A DNA stretch of 61,144 nt, the filler included, from Asterionella formosa (lineage: Eukaryota), in assembly GCA_002256025.1 (NCBI GenBank). It is 4 parts of 4 records of this genome, joined end to end, with 100 filler letters (N's around TTAATTAATTAA, not from the genome) between each part and the next. Parts side by side here need not be neighbours in the genome. Positions count along the whole stretch, not along the records: positions 45,940 to 61,144 come from NKIB01005559.1; 3 more parts are not named here. The stretch is one strand, 5' to 3'. The notes under the pieces were generated by a model. The model saw nothing but the letters and a program-made list of their open reading frames with translations, had not been told where the DNA came from and searched no databases. Positions 45,940 to 58,090 of this stretch are shown here, one piece after another; positions within the stretch are counted from its first letter, which is position 1, and every line of letters begins with the position of its first letter. Made by a program: the position numbers and the translations under genes.

Positions 45940-48429
45940 TTGGATGGGCTGGATGTGTTCTTTCCTTTCGATCGTATCTACTTGGAACAGCATCAATACA
46001 TGCGTTCCTTGAAGCAATCGTTGGATGCTGGCGGCCACTGTTTGCTTGAAATGCCCACAGGGACAGGCAAGACTGTGTGTTTGTTGAGCCTGATTACCAG
46101 CTATCAGTTTGCCAACCCTTCGGCTGGAAAACTGATTTACTGCACAAGAACTGTTCCGGAAATGAATTCCGTCATGGAAGAATTAGCAACTGTCCTGGAA
46201 TATCGCGACGAGCAATTGCGCCTTTCTGACGAGAGGCAGGGGTTAACTGATTTGGAAGATTCGGTGACAGGTGAAGCAACTGGTGAAGGATCCGGTGAAC
46301 CATCGCCTAAGAAGCCCAGAATTTTCAAGAGAAAGAAAATGGGCCCCATTGGTGGAAAAGGAGCTGGCGGCGCCGGTGTTCTTGCTTTGTGTTTGTCGAG
46401 TCGACGCAACATGTGCGTTCATGAACGCGTCTTGCAGGAATCTGATAGAGAAGCAGTGGATGCCGCATGCAGAACAATGACAGCAAGTTGGGTTACAGAA
46501 CTTGCTCGACAGAATCCCGGATCGATGGAAACATGTAGCTATTTCGACAATTTTCAATCTGCAGGTGAAGCCACTGCAATGCCTAGTGGCGTCTATGACT
46601 TGGCGGAACTCAAAAAATGGGGGAAATCACGTGGATGGTGTCCGTATTTTTTAACACGTAGGGCAATCAATCATGCTAATATTCTTGTGTTTAATTACCA
46701 ATACATGTTGGACCCGAAGGTGGCTAAAATGGTGTCAAAGGAACTCGAAGCCGAATCCATCATTGTTTTTGACGAAGCCCACAACATTGATTCAGTCTGT
46801 ATAGAGGCCCTGAGTGTCAATATCAATGAACGTGCATTGGAACAAGCCACGAGATCTTTGGGAAGATTATCTTCTGAAGTATCGAGAATCAAAAAGACAG
46901 ACAACCAGCGCTTGCAACAGGAATATCAAAATTTGGTTGCTGGGCTAATTGACCAAGGTCTGCTACAAGAACCAACCCAAAATTCGGGACTCTCGAGTAA
47001 CGTTTTAAGTACTGATGTCTTGAATGAATCTGTCCCAGGGAATATCAGACGAGCTGAACACTTCATTGGCTTCATGAAGAAAATTGTTGAGCACTTGAAG
47101 GCACGACTACGAACAGTGGCAGGTCCCAACGGGGGGGTGCAATCAGAAACACCACTGGCATTTTTACATCGAATGACAAATGGAACTTCACTGGAAGCTA
47201 AGCCTCTTAAGTTTGCATACTCACGACTCTCGTCGTTGTTGCGGACCCTTCAGGTGTCCAATTTAGATGATTTCAATGCACTGACCGATGTCGCGGACTT
47301 TTCTACCCTGTTGGCTACATACTCCGAAGGTATTGCGAAATTCGCCATTATTATGGAACCAAACGGGTCGTCAATTCCTGGGGCAGTGGATCCTGTCATT
47401 CAATTGGCTTGCCTTGATGCGTCCTTGGCGATCGCACCGCTCTTTAAACGGTTTGGTAGCGTCATCATTACCTCAGGGACACTATCTCCCATTGACTTGT
47501 ATCCCAAATTGCTAAACTTTGAGCCCTGTATATCGGAATCTTTCAACATGAGTACCTTTCGACCATGTATTCGGCCTTTGGTGATAACTCGGGGATCTGA
47601 TCAATTGGCCGTATCAACGAAATTCGATGATAGAGGCGATGTGGGTGTAGTGCGAAACTATGGAGCAATGTTGGTTGAACTCTGCAGTGTTATTCCTGAT
47701 GGAGTCGTGGCATTCTTCACCTCCTACAGCTATATGGAATCGCTGGTTAGTGAATGGGATGCTATGGGAATTTTGAGAGAGTTGACTAAATCGAAGTTGG
47801 TATTTATCGAGACGAAGGATGTTGTCGAGACGACCCTAGCTTTGGACAACTACCGTCGGGCTTGTGATTGTGGCCGAGGAGCCGTTTTCCTCTCTGTTGC
47901 GCGTGGAAAGGTGTCGGAAGGAATCAACTTTGACCGTCATTATGGGAGGGCTGTGATTATGTTTGGTGTGCCTTTTCAATACACACTGAGTCACGTACTT
48001 CGCGCCAGATTAGAGTACTTGCAAACGCACTTTCAAATCCGCGAGCAGGATTTCCTCAACTTTGATGCCTTGCGCCAAGCAAGTCAGTGTGTTGGACGAG
48101 TTATTCGTAGCAAGACGGATTACGGGTTAATGATCTTTGCCGACAGTCGCTACAATCGCCATGACAAGCGATCAAAGTTGCCGAAGTGGATTCTGCAATT
48201 CCTAGGAGACGCCTATCTTAATTTGAGTACCGACATGGCGATTCAGCACGTGCGACACTTCCTTCGAGTGATGGGACAACCTGTTGATCAGACGGCACTT
48301 CAGAGTGTGCTGCTAACGTTTGAAGAAGTGAATCGAATGAATCCACCACGCAACCTTGCGACTACGACAGCTGGGGAAGGAGGAGCCATGATTGTTTCAT
48401 CTGAAGCCGAGGCAGTTGGTGAACACTAG
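45940..48429 (+). CDS. ERCC2: TFIIH/NER Fe-S DNA helicase XPD (Rad3); first few codons cut off at the scaffold start
   Basis: LEMPTGTGKT, YCTRTVPE, Fe-S cysteines (SRRNMC, AAC, TC, WCPYF), FDEAHNID, TSGTLSP, VARGKVSEGINF, QCVGRVIRSKTDYG. Confidence 0.97.
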   Translation: MDGLDVFFPFDRIYLEQHQYMRSLKQSLDAGGHCLLEMPTGTGKTVCLLSLITSYQFANPSAGKLIYCTRTVPEMNSVMEELATVLEYRDEQLRLSDERQGLTDLEDSVTGEATGEGSGEPSPKKPRIFKRKKMGPIGGKGAGGAGVLALCLSSRRNMCVHERVLQESDREAVDAACRTMTASWVTELARQNPGSMETCSYFDNFQSAGEATAMPSGVYDLAELKKWGKSRGWCPYFLTRRAINHANILVFNYQYMLDPKVAKMVSKELEAESIIVFDEAHNIDSVCIEALSVNINERALEQATRSLGRLSSEVSRIKKTDNQRLQQEYQNLVAGLIDQGLLQEPTQNSGLSSNVLSTDVLNESVPGNIRRAEHFIGFMKKIVEHLKARLRTVAGPNGGVQSETPLAFLHRMTNGTSLEAKPLKFAYSRLSSLLRTLQVSNLDDFNALTDVADFSTLLATYSEGIAKFAIIMEPNGSSIPGAVDPVIQLACLDASLAIAPLFKRFGSVIITSGTLSPIDLYPKLLNFEPCISESFNMSTFRPCIRPLVITRGSDQLAVSTKFDDRGDVGVVRNYGAMLVELCSVIPDGVVAFFTSYSYMESLVSEWDAMGILRELTKSKLVFIETKDVVETTLALDNYRRACDCGRGAVFLSVARGKVSEGINFDRHYGRAVIMFGVPFQYTLSHVLRARLEYLQTHFQIREQDFLNFDALRQASQCVGRVIRSKTDYGLMIFADSRYNRHDKRSKLPKWILQFLGDAYLNLSTDMAIQHVRHFLRVMGQPVDQTALQSVLLTFEEVNRMNPPRNLATTTAGEGGAMIVSSEAEAVGEH

Positions 48430-48918
48430 AATTCGCCGAAAAGAAATTCAATTCAGATATTGATTCGCCCATTTCGTTGCCCTTTGTCGTCATTACGTCT
48501 GCATTGTTTNNNNNNNNNNNNNNNNNNNNNNNNNNNNNNNNNNNNNNNNNNNNNNNNNNNNNNNNNNNNNNNNNNNNNNNNNNNNNNNNNNNNNNNNNNN
48601 NNNNNNNNNNNNNNNNNNNNNNNNNNNNNNNNNNNNNNNNNNNNNNNNNNNNNNNNNNNNNNNNNNNNNNNNNNNNNNNNNNNNNNNNNNNNNNNNNNNN
48701 NNNNNNNNNNNNNNNNNNNNNNNNNNNNNNNNNNNNNNNNNNNNNNNNNNNNNNNNNNNNNNNNNNNNNNNNNNNNNNNNNNNNNNNNNNNNNNNNNNNN
48801 NNNNNNNNNNNNNNNNNNNNNNNNNNNNNNNNNNNNNNNNNNNNNNNNNNNNNNNNNNNNNNNNNNNNNNNNNNNNNNNNNNNNNNNNNNNNNNNNNNNN
48901 NNNNNNNNNNNNNNNNNN

Positions 48919-50289
48919 ATCGTAGGAGCAAGAGTATTCGTATTGAAAGGGCGCACCTCCGCTGTGATCACTGGATGGTCGAAAGAGATCCATATCTAAC
49001 AACTGAAAAAATACCGCTCGTAAGATTTTTTCTGGAAATCTATCTGCCGACCCTTTGTAGGATTGATACTCTTGAAGCATCCGGTGAAGATTCAAAGGCT
49101 TGGGTACCTCTTCTTTTTCTGCATCTCGAGCCAGAATACGCCGCGCAGACAGGACAAGCGCGACTTGGGGACCCGAAAGGTCTTTTAGCAACATAATGCG
49201 AGCGTTGTGGCAATGTTCGTCAATCCCATGAAACGATGCTCCTTGTGCGACCAGGGCTTCTTCCAATTTATCCGTAAGGCATGGCAGTTCATTCGATAAA
49301 TAAATTTGCATTCGATAAAGCGATAGTGCATAATACAAAACGCGGTTAAACCATCGCAGGTCCTTGGATATCGCGTAGTTGCGCTGCATCACCTTTCGCA
49401 GTCTTACAATGTCATGTGCCGAATTTTCATCTGTAGACAGTAGAGCCTGCAACTGTTTCGAAAAAGGTGTCTCCACTTCAGTGGTTGTTGTATTTTGTAA
49501 AATGTGCATAAGATCTGAAAAAGATTTAAATGGCGATATGTAGAACACGTTTGATGCTCCTTCTGCTCGACTCTTGACGCGCTTTTCCAAGAGGCTGATC
49601 GCTCCTACATTGGTGGTCGTTCCAATAACGCATAAAGAAGTTCCACGGGAGGACGATACACGATCGAGTAAGTGATAGAGCAGCAATTGCCGGTTGCTCA
49701 TAGTCATTTCATCCTTCAACAATTGTTTGTCCATCGATGGCGTCGATCCAATCATGGCGTCAAAGTCTTCCAAAACGATACAAATGGGAATCTTTTCAGC
49801 ATTCATAAAGTTGAGTATTTCGTCCAACAAGGAGATGCTGGACGTGAACGATGTTGCTCGCAATCGCACGAGGTCATTTGTCGCCTTGTGATCGCCGTCC
49901 TTCTTAGTTTCGGCAAAGGCAATGTCATATAATTGTCGAATGATTTCCCTGACCACAACAGCCACGTCGTCTCCCTTCAATACCAATCCATGCAGTCGTA
50001 CGATCCGAATTCGATGTACTTGAATTGATTTTAAGCATGCCTCAATGAGCTGCGTCTTTCCGGATCCTCGTGGTCCCATAAGCAGCAGTGAAACATTCTT
50101 GCCCTGATCCACCAGACACGGCTTGAGAATCGAGCATATCTCGTCGTACTGGAGCTCCAATCCACGTGGTCGTTTCAATGGACGAGACGAAGGGTAGTGA
50201 TCAGCCAGGCGATCCAAGATTGTATCCAGGGCTTCAATCATCGCTTCCTTATTACCCATGTAGGGGATGGTCTTTTCTGCTTCGTTCAT
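48919..50289 (-). CDS. ORC4: Origin recognition complex subunit 4 (C-terminus lost in gap 48510-48918)
   Basis: SLLLMGPRGSGKT Walker A, VRLHGLV, NRQLLLYHLLD, LLEKRVKSR, LKDLSGPQVALV. Confidence 0.88.
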
Positions 50290-50862
50290 CGGTTGAGTAG
50301 GCAGCAGGCACCGGTTGTCAAGTTCGTCCTTTTCAAACTTCCGTGGTTGTGCGTAGTAAGGTGATTGTCGTCTATGATAGAAACGATAGACTAAAATGAG
50401 TCATCATCACTTACCTGCAAGAAGTTGCGGGAATTGTGCTGAAACCAAATAAAGTTTTAGCTATCTTTATCCGTTATAAATTTTTTATTTAGCTAAGCAA
50501 AATGTAGGGTGAATTGCAGCAACATACCACTACCGCTACTCTGTGATCTGTGATATATACCGTTATATATATATATCATACCGGTATTCGGGTTGGAGTT
50601 CTCCATTCTCATCAACTCCCTTACCGGTAATCTGTACACCCATACGATACAACGATAGATATTAGAGCTTTGATCAAACTACAAACGAAGCACCACAAAC
50701 AAAACTCTACCGCATCAAAAAGTCCTATTGCAAGCAGCAAGAAGAGAGCAGCATCAAGGAGCTACTCCTTTTATTCAACAAAACAAAACAAAACGAGTCG
50801 ATCAATCTCTTTTTGGCATGCTGCTGTCGCTTTTGAAACTCAGTATTATTATTTAATCTACA

Positions 50863-51261
50863 ATGAGTAATCCCAGAGACAGCCCTCCAGGACCCAACTC
50901 CCGACATGTGATACCCCGAGATCCTCCCGACAACCAATCACAATCCTTGACGTCGTACATTGGTAATGGCGGCATTGTTTACGCTCCCTTTATGGCAATG
51001 ATGTTGCTGTTTCAGTTGTTATTCAAAGCATTCTTCACCGTGTTTGGAAACACTCGTCATCTTGTTTCAAATTACTTTGTTCTCAGTAGAGAACAAAATG
51101 ATGTACTGAAGGAGATGCCAGTAGAACAAGAGCGGCAGCAACATGAGCTTCAACAATTACAGAAAATGCAAGTGCACCAACGTGATCGAGTTGAAGATCT
51201 TAAACGACGCATTGACAAGTTGGAAGCGAAGCAACGTGAACGAGAGGCTATGAAACAATGA
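50863..51261 (+). CDS. Hypothetical small membrane-anchored coiled-coil protein (132 aa)
   Basis: ATG in acaATG context; hydrophobic segment APFMAMMLLFQLLFKAFFTVF; Q/E/R heptad tail. Confidence 0.5.
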   Translation: MSNPRDSPPGPNSRHVIPRDPPDNQSQSLTSYIGNGGIVYAPFMAMMLLFQLLFKAFFTVFGNTRHLVSNYFVLSREQNDVLKEMPVEQERQQHELQQLQKMQVHQRDRVEDLKRRIDKLEAKQREREAMKQ

Positions 51262-51640
51262 AGGAATTCGTGGGAGGGTGGGCTGTCTAAATCAAGCAAA
51301 TATTCAACGGTGACAAATAAAGAATCATCAGCGAGGACTGGAACGAGTAAATAAGACGATGGCCCGCAAATTCCATCATCCGGTGAATTGTGTATGTAGT
51401 GCCCACGCCATGTAGTCAAGCACAACTGATTTTAGTTTCACTGATCGGAGCCTATTAAAAACGAATATTTTGGGGGCTTCTCGAAATGTAGATACATGTC
51501 ACTTTTTTATGTTGTTTGCCTGCTATATGCTAAATTCAGTTTCAAGCAATACGGAACAACCATGATACGAAGCTCTCTCATTTAATTTGTCATTGCATAA
51601 ATAGTGACACCCACAAAGAATTCACAGTTCACTCCAGCCG

Positions 51641-52252
51641 TTACGGCGACGACCTACTTTCTGCTTGTTCGTTAATATATTCCCTTGTCTTTTCAAACGC
51701 AAATCCTGCGACATGGAACAAACTTTTTCCCATGCCAGCGACACCGCTTCCTACTGCATAAAATACTGCCCTCCCTAAAGCTGCACCAGGATCTGACAGT
51801 GCTTCATGTCTATCATACTTGGCCCGTCTCTTCCGATCACTTAATATTTCATATGCCAATTTGATACGTTCCCACTCATCTCTGACATCCTCCATATTTT
51901 TGCAATAACCAGGCAATAGTTCTCTGTTTCGCGCTCCGTCAGGATGGTACCTTCGTGACAATTGGCGGTAGGCCAATTTCACATCGGCCGTGGAGCACTT
52001 GCGATCTACCTTGAGGACAGCATAAGGGTTAAGAATTTCTCCACTGTAGGTGGCAAACTCATCCAAGAGCTTTCCACCGCCTGTCTGACCGGAGGATCCC
52101 TTTCTTGGAGGGTTCAAAAAGAGAGGAGTCCTTGGCCTCACCCGTACTGTCAGATCACGAGAGGAGGATGTTGTTGCAGTAAAGGCAACGGCAGACACAA
52201 GCAACAAAGTCAAATAACACAAAAATGTAATTTGAGAACGTATGGACTTCAT
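51641..52252 (-). CDS. DnaJ (J-domain) protein, probably plastid targeted (203 aa)
   Basis: Signal ...LLLVSAVA|F, then a S/T/R-rich transit peptide; NPYAVLKV...YRQLSRRYHPDG...IKLAYEILSD..RRAKYD. Confidence 0.92.
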   Translation of the reverse strand: MKSIRSQITFLCYLTLLLVSAVAFTATTSSSRDLTVRVRPRTPLFLNPPRKGSSGQTGGGKLLDEFATYSGEILNPYAVLKVDRKCSTADVKLAYRQLSRRYHPDGARNRELLPGYCKNMEDVRDEWERIKLAYEILSDRKRRAKYDRHEALSDPGAALGRAVFYAVGSGVAGMGKSLFHVAGFAFEKTREYINEQAESRSSP

Positions 52253-53259
52253 TGTCGAATGAATACGTTGTTGTTTCGGGTGTCAATGAATGTACAATCG
52301 TTTTGCAGGGCGAGGACGACAGGCAACGTGGTTACTATGTGAACTTCGTGAGTTCATTGGCAACTGAAACTCAGTTTTGTATGCTGGTTGTTCATGACAC
52401 ATAAGATATATATACATGTAGCCAGACGAGAAGCAAAGGGAGGTGTTAGGGCCATCATGGCTGAAGCACACATTATTTAGATTCCTTTGCGTAGTACCGA
52501 ATGTATGTGGAATCCAGCCAACTGCAGAAATGACGGAGAGATGACGACACACGACAATGATGACATATGCAACAGAAGCAAATCATCATGCAACTATGCG
52601 AAATACTCTGGTTGGCGATACTGTGATGACGCAAGAATCCAGGTTTCCAAGTATAGTACCAGGTACTGCTCCGTTCTACTTATGTACCCGGTACATGGTA
52701 CCCTGTGGAAGGTCCGGGGAAACACGCTTTTTACTTAAGTAAAAATTAAGCAAAACTGCACCTCGATTACCGGACCTTCGCTGGTACTGTATACCCGTAC
52801 ATATACGCTAGGGCACTTTTTCAGAAGGATTTCCGTCCATTCGAGGGAGTCGATAATTTCAATTGGAGCCAATTGGGATATTGATATACCCGGCCGGTAT
52901 ACAGTGAATGATGTCAAACGAATACCAGTGCTACCAGGTACCTAAAACGGAGTGAGTACTTAACGCGATCATTTGAAGTTGAGGCAAATCTTTGCATACA
53001 GACCAGGTATAGTTTCGCAACGGGAATCGGCAACTCTCGCGCACTCTGTAGTTCGTTCAGGTGAGACCAACCATGACAGTTGTGTAGCGGTAACACTCTT
53101 GACTGACGCTTAAGCTTTCAGAAGCGGATAATGGCCACGTTCTGCAGCTAGTACTAGTCCAGTTGAGGAAACCAACGGGACAAACATGGCCGATCTATCT
53201 TTCTCATGACTTCACCGTTCCCCTTCTGACAGACCAATCACAAACCCAAATACATCAAG

Positions 53260-53886
53260 ATGACCAAGGCTGTTGCTCTTCTCCTTGCTAGCTTGGCCAC
53301 GTCGGCTTGTGCCTTTGCCCCTTCCAGACAAACTTCCAGCACTGTTGCCTTGAACTTGGAACCTGTCACGAACGAAGGTGCCAACTTTCCTGAGACGTTT
53401 GGCAAGCCTTGGGACCCTCTTGGTCTTATGACCAGTTTGGATGATCGTGGTGTCAGGTGGTTCCAAGCGGCCGAGGTCAAGCACGGCCGTATTGCCATGA
53501 TGGCCACTCTTGGCTGGATGGCCCAAGTGAGTGGTTTCCACTTCGGAGGAATGCTGTCCCCTACTGCTGGGGTCTCCTTTGAAGATGTCTCCAAGGTGGC
53601 TCCATTCGAGACCTTTTCCAAAATCCCAGAAGCGGGCTTTTACCAAATCCTCTTCATTATTGGAGCTGTGGAGGGATACCAAGAGATGCGTCAGCCTCAT
53701 TACATTTATGGTGGTTTGCCTGGTGATTTGGGCGCTGCTCGTGCCAAGGAATCGTCCCTCCCTCGCCTTCAAGCTGCTGAGATCAAGAACGGACGTCTTG
53801 CAATGATTGGAATGGCATCCTTTTTTTCAGCTGTAGCCCTTCCTGGATCTGTCCCTACCATGCCTGGATTCTTCCTTCCTCATTAA
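53260..53886 (+). CDS. Fucoxanthin-chlorophyll a/c light-harvesting protein (Lhc), intronless, 208 aa
   Basis: ACA|FAP targeting motif; WDPLGL, AAEVKHGRIAM, AEIKNGRLAM, PGSVP. Confidence 0.96.
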   Translation: MTKAVALLLASLATSACAFAPSRQTSSTVALNLEPVTNEGANFPETFGKPWDPLGLMTSLDDRGVRWFQAAEVKHGRIAMMATLGWMAQVSGFHFGGMLSPTAGVSFEDVSKVAPFETFSKIPEAGFYQILFIIGAVEGYQEMRQPHYIYGGLPGDLGAARAKESSLPRLQAAEIKNGRLAMIGMASFFSAVALPGSVPTMPGFFLPH

Positions 53887-54107
53887 AGCCACACGAAATG
53901 AATGAAACTGAACAGATGATGACAGCGAGATGGAGCGTCATGTCGTTTCTCTCTTGCATGTACAATTCCGCTCCTTTTCCTTGCTTGCTGCTTGTAAATG
54001 ATAGTGCAATTGATTTCTGCCAAATGTCTAACTCTAGAGTACTGCATACTAAATTCAGTCGTTTTGCGCGCAATTTACTTTCTGTCCTCCTTTTGTTATC
54101 TTTTATA

Positions 54108-54995
54108 TCACAACAAATTTTCCAGATGAAGTTTTTCCTTGAGTTCTTGTAAAAGCGTCATAACCAAGTTCTTGGACAAGCCCATGACCGAATCTTCGGT
54201 TCCCTCTATACGTTCCAGATGTTCTCTCACGAATGGATGTTCGACCATCAAACCACCGGCGCAGTCCAAAACAGGTGCATCATCTTGCAGCAAGCGATCT
54301 ATCAAATCTAACCCTTGTTCATTTGAATCAGCAATGGATGAATGAAAGACAATCGTAGCCGTATCAACTCCTGATACCTGTACCATGGATGGTACATGTG
54401 TTAACACACACGATCCGACAGTGCTCGGTGGAGCTAGTGCATATCTGGACAAGAATTCCTTTGCTTGTTGTATTGTGTTTGGTTTTTCCAAAATGTCTCC
54501 TTGGTGTGTCACTACTTGATCTCCTGTCAAGACAATCCAATTTGTTCGATCTTTAGAAATAACATTAGGCAAGTCCTCCTTACACCGTCCTGCTTGTAAT
54601 TCATTTATCAAATGAGTGGCTTTCGCCTTGGCCAATGTCAAGACCAAATCTTGGGGTAAGTCTTGAGTTCTGTCTCCCAACGTTTGCTCGTCAATAGGAC
54701 GTTTAATGACGTGAAAGTCGATTCCCATTTCCTTGAGAATTAACTTTCTAGTAAAGGACCCAGATCCTAAAATAAGTGGTACAGGAAGCCCTAATTCTTG
54801 TAATGGATCAGTACTACCGGTAGAACTACTGATCGTCATGGAGTGGATGATAGTTTGTGAGTGCCGTGTGATGCTGGGAACAAATGCTGATGGAATCGTT
54901 GGTGTTGCTGTTGTTCTTGTCAAGGCTGCCAACATGCAACAACACTTCAAAAACAATGCTCCTGATGATAGATTGATTTGTGGAAGTAAGAGCAT
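54108..54995 (-). CDS. Maf-like nucleoside triphosphate pyrophosphatase with N-terminal targeting extension
   Basis: LILGSGSFTRKLIL, AKAKA, TGDQVV, ILEKP, CAGGLMVEHP, IEGTEDSVMGL. Confidence 0.92.
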   Translation of the reverse strand: MLLLPQINLSSGALFLKCCCMLAALTRTTATPTIPSAFVPSITRHSQTIIHSMTISSSTGSTDPLQELGLPVPLILGSGSFTRKLILKEMGIDFHVIKRPIDEQTLGDRTQDLPQDLVLTLAKAKATHLINELQAGRCKEDLPNVISKDRTNWIVLTGDQVVTHQGDILEKPNTIQQAKEFLSRYALAPPSTVGSCVLTHVPSMVQVSGVDTATIVFHSSIADSNEQGLDLIDRLLQDDAPVLDCAGGLMVEHPFVREHLERIEGTEDSVMGLSKNLVMTLLQELKEKLHLENLL

Positions 54996-55459
54996 GAAAC
55001 GTCAAAATCGGATGTGCAGCTCCTCCGCCGCCACCGATGATGTTGGTGGTGATGGAAATGAATGCCGGTAGTATGATTGGAACCACAAGAACTATACCGG
55101 TAGATTCATCGAAGTAGAACAATGATAGTAGGTAGACATGAAAGTCGTACCGGTACAGGTTTCATTACCGATGTATAAAAGCTACCGTACCAGGTACCAG
55201 TACCGGTACTGGTACCTGGAAGCACTGCTAACGGTACTGGTACCTGGTACCAGTGGGTATGCATGTACCGGTATGCCGATTTGTTGATCATGATCATTCC
55301 TGCCTGCCTTGTAAAAAATGCTCTTGTTTGTTCCTCCCACCGCCATGAAATCATCATTCATGCTGACCACATCACTGTATTTAATCCTGCATGCACCTAC
55401 TACCACTTGCACTTCCTCTTATTCTTTACCTCCCAACAGCTCTGATCTCTTCCATCAAC

Positions 55460-56381
55460 ATGACGGAACAACCAAAGACCATTCAAAAGTGAGTGCCAGT
55501 GCAAGTAATACCGGTACAGCAATAGTAATAACAATAACAATCACACCCTGCTTCGATGACGTTTCGCGAAACACCACTTTTTCCACTAGTGGCTTGCCGT
55601 CATTTGCTCATATATAATAGTGGAACTAACCATGCCATTTCTCGCGTCCTGCAGCGTCATTGTCGTTGTGGCCATGGCAAGTGAAGCTAGACCCTTCGTC
55701 GAGCACTTAGACCTAGAACCCAACACTGACTTTTTCCCACCAGAGGTTCCGTTTTTGGCCTATTCCGGATCACACCACGGATGCGCCTTGACTGTCGTGA
55801 CCAATGGCGTCGATCATGTCTACGGGTCCGGTGTTGATAATTGCGGGACTGTACCAGCATCACTGGTCACCTTTCTTGCCTTGCAAAAAGATCCTGATTG
55901 CGATTTAATCATCAATGCTGGGACCTGTGGTGGATTTGCTAGCAAGGGAGCTGAAATTGGTGATGTCTTTTTGACTACTGGTGTGGCCAACCATGATCGT
56001 CGTATCCCCATTCCTCCTTTTATTCCATATGGAATTGGCAAAATAAATACCATTGCCGCTCCTCATCTGGTCACCAAACACGGATTTAAAACTGGCATCT
56101 GTACGACTGGAAATTCGTTGGACGCGACCGAGGAAGATAGGAAACACATGTTGGCCAACGATGCATCGTGCAAGGATATGGAAGCCGCAGCTGTGGCATG
56201 GTCGTGCCAATTGTACAAAAAACCATACTTAGGGGTCAAGGTGGTGACAGATATTGTGGATGGAGACCGGGCGACACATGAGGAATTTTTGGAGAATTTG
56301 CACAAGGCGGCCGATTCCTTGCAGATGGCACTACCAAAGGTCATTGAACATATTTGTGGTAGGCGCTTTGATGATTTGTAG
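55460..56381 (+). CDS. MTN: 5'-methylthioadenosine/S-adenosylhomocysteine nucleosidase (plant MTN type), 2 exons, ~251 aa
   Basis: Exon 1 55460-55488 (MTEQPKTIQ), intron 55489-55654 (GTGAGT..ACTAAC..GCAG), frame kept. AMASEA, INAGTCGGF, HDRRIP, TTGNSLD, KDMEAAAV, VTDIVDG, EEFLENL. Confidence 0.93.
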
Positions 56382-56569
56382 ACTACCGGTGGTGCATGGA
56401 AGAGTATGTAGTTTGTAATTTAACACTTTAATTCTGCCAGCGAATTTTTGTATTAGCGTTTTATTGGAAGGCTCTAGGTTAGTAGTCCAAGAGAAAAACT
56501 GTCGCCGCATTTCGTAAAAGGGTTGTATCTGACAAGGGGGCTTCATGGGATTTTCCGAGTCACTACACA

Positions 56570-58090
56570 CTACAGTATATTCGCTTCTACTACTGGCGTG
56601 GAGGGTTTGGTCCAAAATGGATATTTTGCATACACTTCATGTCCTTCCGGTTCATCCGACGAACCCACAGTAAGTCGTTCAATGGCTGCCCATGCACTCA
56701 TAGCACCTTGATCGGTGCATAATCGTGGTGGGGGTACATGCATATCCCACTTTCGTTCGGCACACAGTTGGTTCAATCTAGATCTCAATTCTTGATTGGC
56801 TGCCACACCTCCCACAACAACCAGTGTGCTAATACTGCTTTCGTCTTGCATCAACATCATTGCTCGTATCAATCGTTGTTCAATGTGTACTATTGCCACA
56901 TGTTGAAACGACGCCGCGAGATTGGCCTTGTCTTGGTAAGGGAGTTGGTCGACGGAGGATAGCTCTTGTTCTGCCGCCATTTTTTCGGCCGCCCGGCGAA
57001 TGTTCGTTTTAAGGCCCGCATAGGAAAAGTCACAATTCTTGTGTTTTTGCATCGGAATAGTCAATGGGATGCTTTTGGGATCTCCATCTTTGGCTAATTT
57101 CTCCACAGCAGGACCGCCTCCACCACCAATAGGTAGGCCCAACAGTCTTGCTGTCTTATCGAATGCTTCCCCTAGTGAATCGTCAATCGTTCCTCCTATT
57201 GTTGTGTATTGACCAACACCCACACATTTGAGTAACAGACAGTGTCCTCCACTCACCAAAAGTGCCAAAAATGGAAATTCCAAGGCTCGTGTGGTGGCAT
57301 GAGTCGTTTCTGTGGCTGCAATCTTCCTTGTTATGTCCGGGTCTAAAGGTAGTCGTGCCATGAGAATGTGCGCTTCCAAATGATGGACTCCTACAAAGGG
57401 TATGTGGTATTGCAGAGCCAGTGCTTTAGCCTTGTTCGTTCCTACTCGTAAGCATATTTCCAATCCAGGTCCCACTGTCACTCCAATGGCATGAATCTGT
57501 TCCATAGTAACCCCTGCCGAATCCAAGGCATCCTGAACGACCCCATCCATGGCATCCATATGAGCTTGTTTGGCAAGGTTCGGTACGACCCCACCAAATG
57601 GTTCATGAATGTCCGATTGACTAGCCAAGGCTTCTCCTAATATCGTTCCATTGGAAGACAGCACGGCAGCTCCAGTGTCATCACAGGACGATTCAATCCC
57701 CAAGACAATAAATTCTTGAGTCCTATCTGGAAGTCCTGACTTGGCAGCATAGGCCTGACCATCCCAAGGTTGATAAATGTTTGACCATTGGCCTCGATCC
57801 ACAGCCTTGGCCATACCGATGAATTCTCGACGCTTTTCTTTCGAGTTTTTTTTCTTTTGGGGGGAGGGGATGGAGGGAACTGCGTCGTCGTTGTTGTTGA
57901 GTGGTGATTGTTCCATCCATGCTGCAGTCGGACGAATGGTCCGTCGCTGTTGGCAAATGGCAACAAATCCAGTTGCCAGGTGCTGCCGACTTTTTGTATT
58001 CCATACACCAAGAAGCATGATTAGGGAACACGTTGCTGCAAAGGAGTTGTATGAATGGCGACACCTTCTAATACTGCGACTCCTCACCAT
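56570..58090 (-). CDS. tsaD: Organellar tRNA N6-threonylcarbamoyltransferase (TsaD/Qri7/OSGEPL1 type), 506 aa
   Basis: LGIESSCDDTG, VTVGPGL, HHLEAH, LLVSGGH, DDSLGEAFDK, FSYAGLK, GGVAAN, LCTDQGAM; long N-terminal presequence. Confidence 0.94.
   Translation of the reverse strand: MVRSRSIRRCRHSYNSFAATCSLIMLLGVWNTKSRQHLATGFVAICQQRRTIRPTAAWMEQSPLNNNDDAVPSIPSPQKKKNSKEKRREFIGMAKAVDRGQWSNIYQPWDGQAYAAKSGLPDRTQEFIVLGIESSCDDTGAAVLSSNGTILGEALASQSDIHEPFGGVVPNLAKQAHMDAMDGVVQDALDSAGVTMEQIHAIGVTVGPGLEICLRVGTNKAKALALQYHIPFVGVHHLEAHILMARLPLDPDITRKIAATETTHATTRALEFPFLALLVSGGHCLLLKCVGVGQYTTIGGTIDDSLGEAFDKTARLLGLPIGGGGGPAVEKLAKDGDPKSIPLTIPMQKHKNCDFSYAGLKTNIRRAAEKMAAEQELSSVDQLPYQDKANLAASFQHVAIVHIEQRLIRAMMLMQDESSISTLVVVGGVAANQELRSRLNQLCAERKWDMHVPPPRLCTDQGAMSAWAAIERLTVGSSDEPEGHEVYAKYPFWTKPSTPVVEANIL

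Noticed and set aside
49760..49790. ORC4 Walker B reading LEDFD (and TsaD CTDQG instead of CTDNG) as loss of function
   Set aside because: Small substitutions in otherwise intact genes; cannot be interpreted without alignments.
54108..58090. Maf-MTN-TsaD as an operon-like nucleotide house-cleaning cluster
   Set aside because: Alternating strands and unrelated pathways; ordinary for a gene-dense diatom region without synteny evidence.
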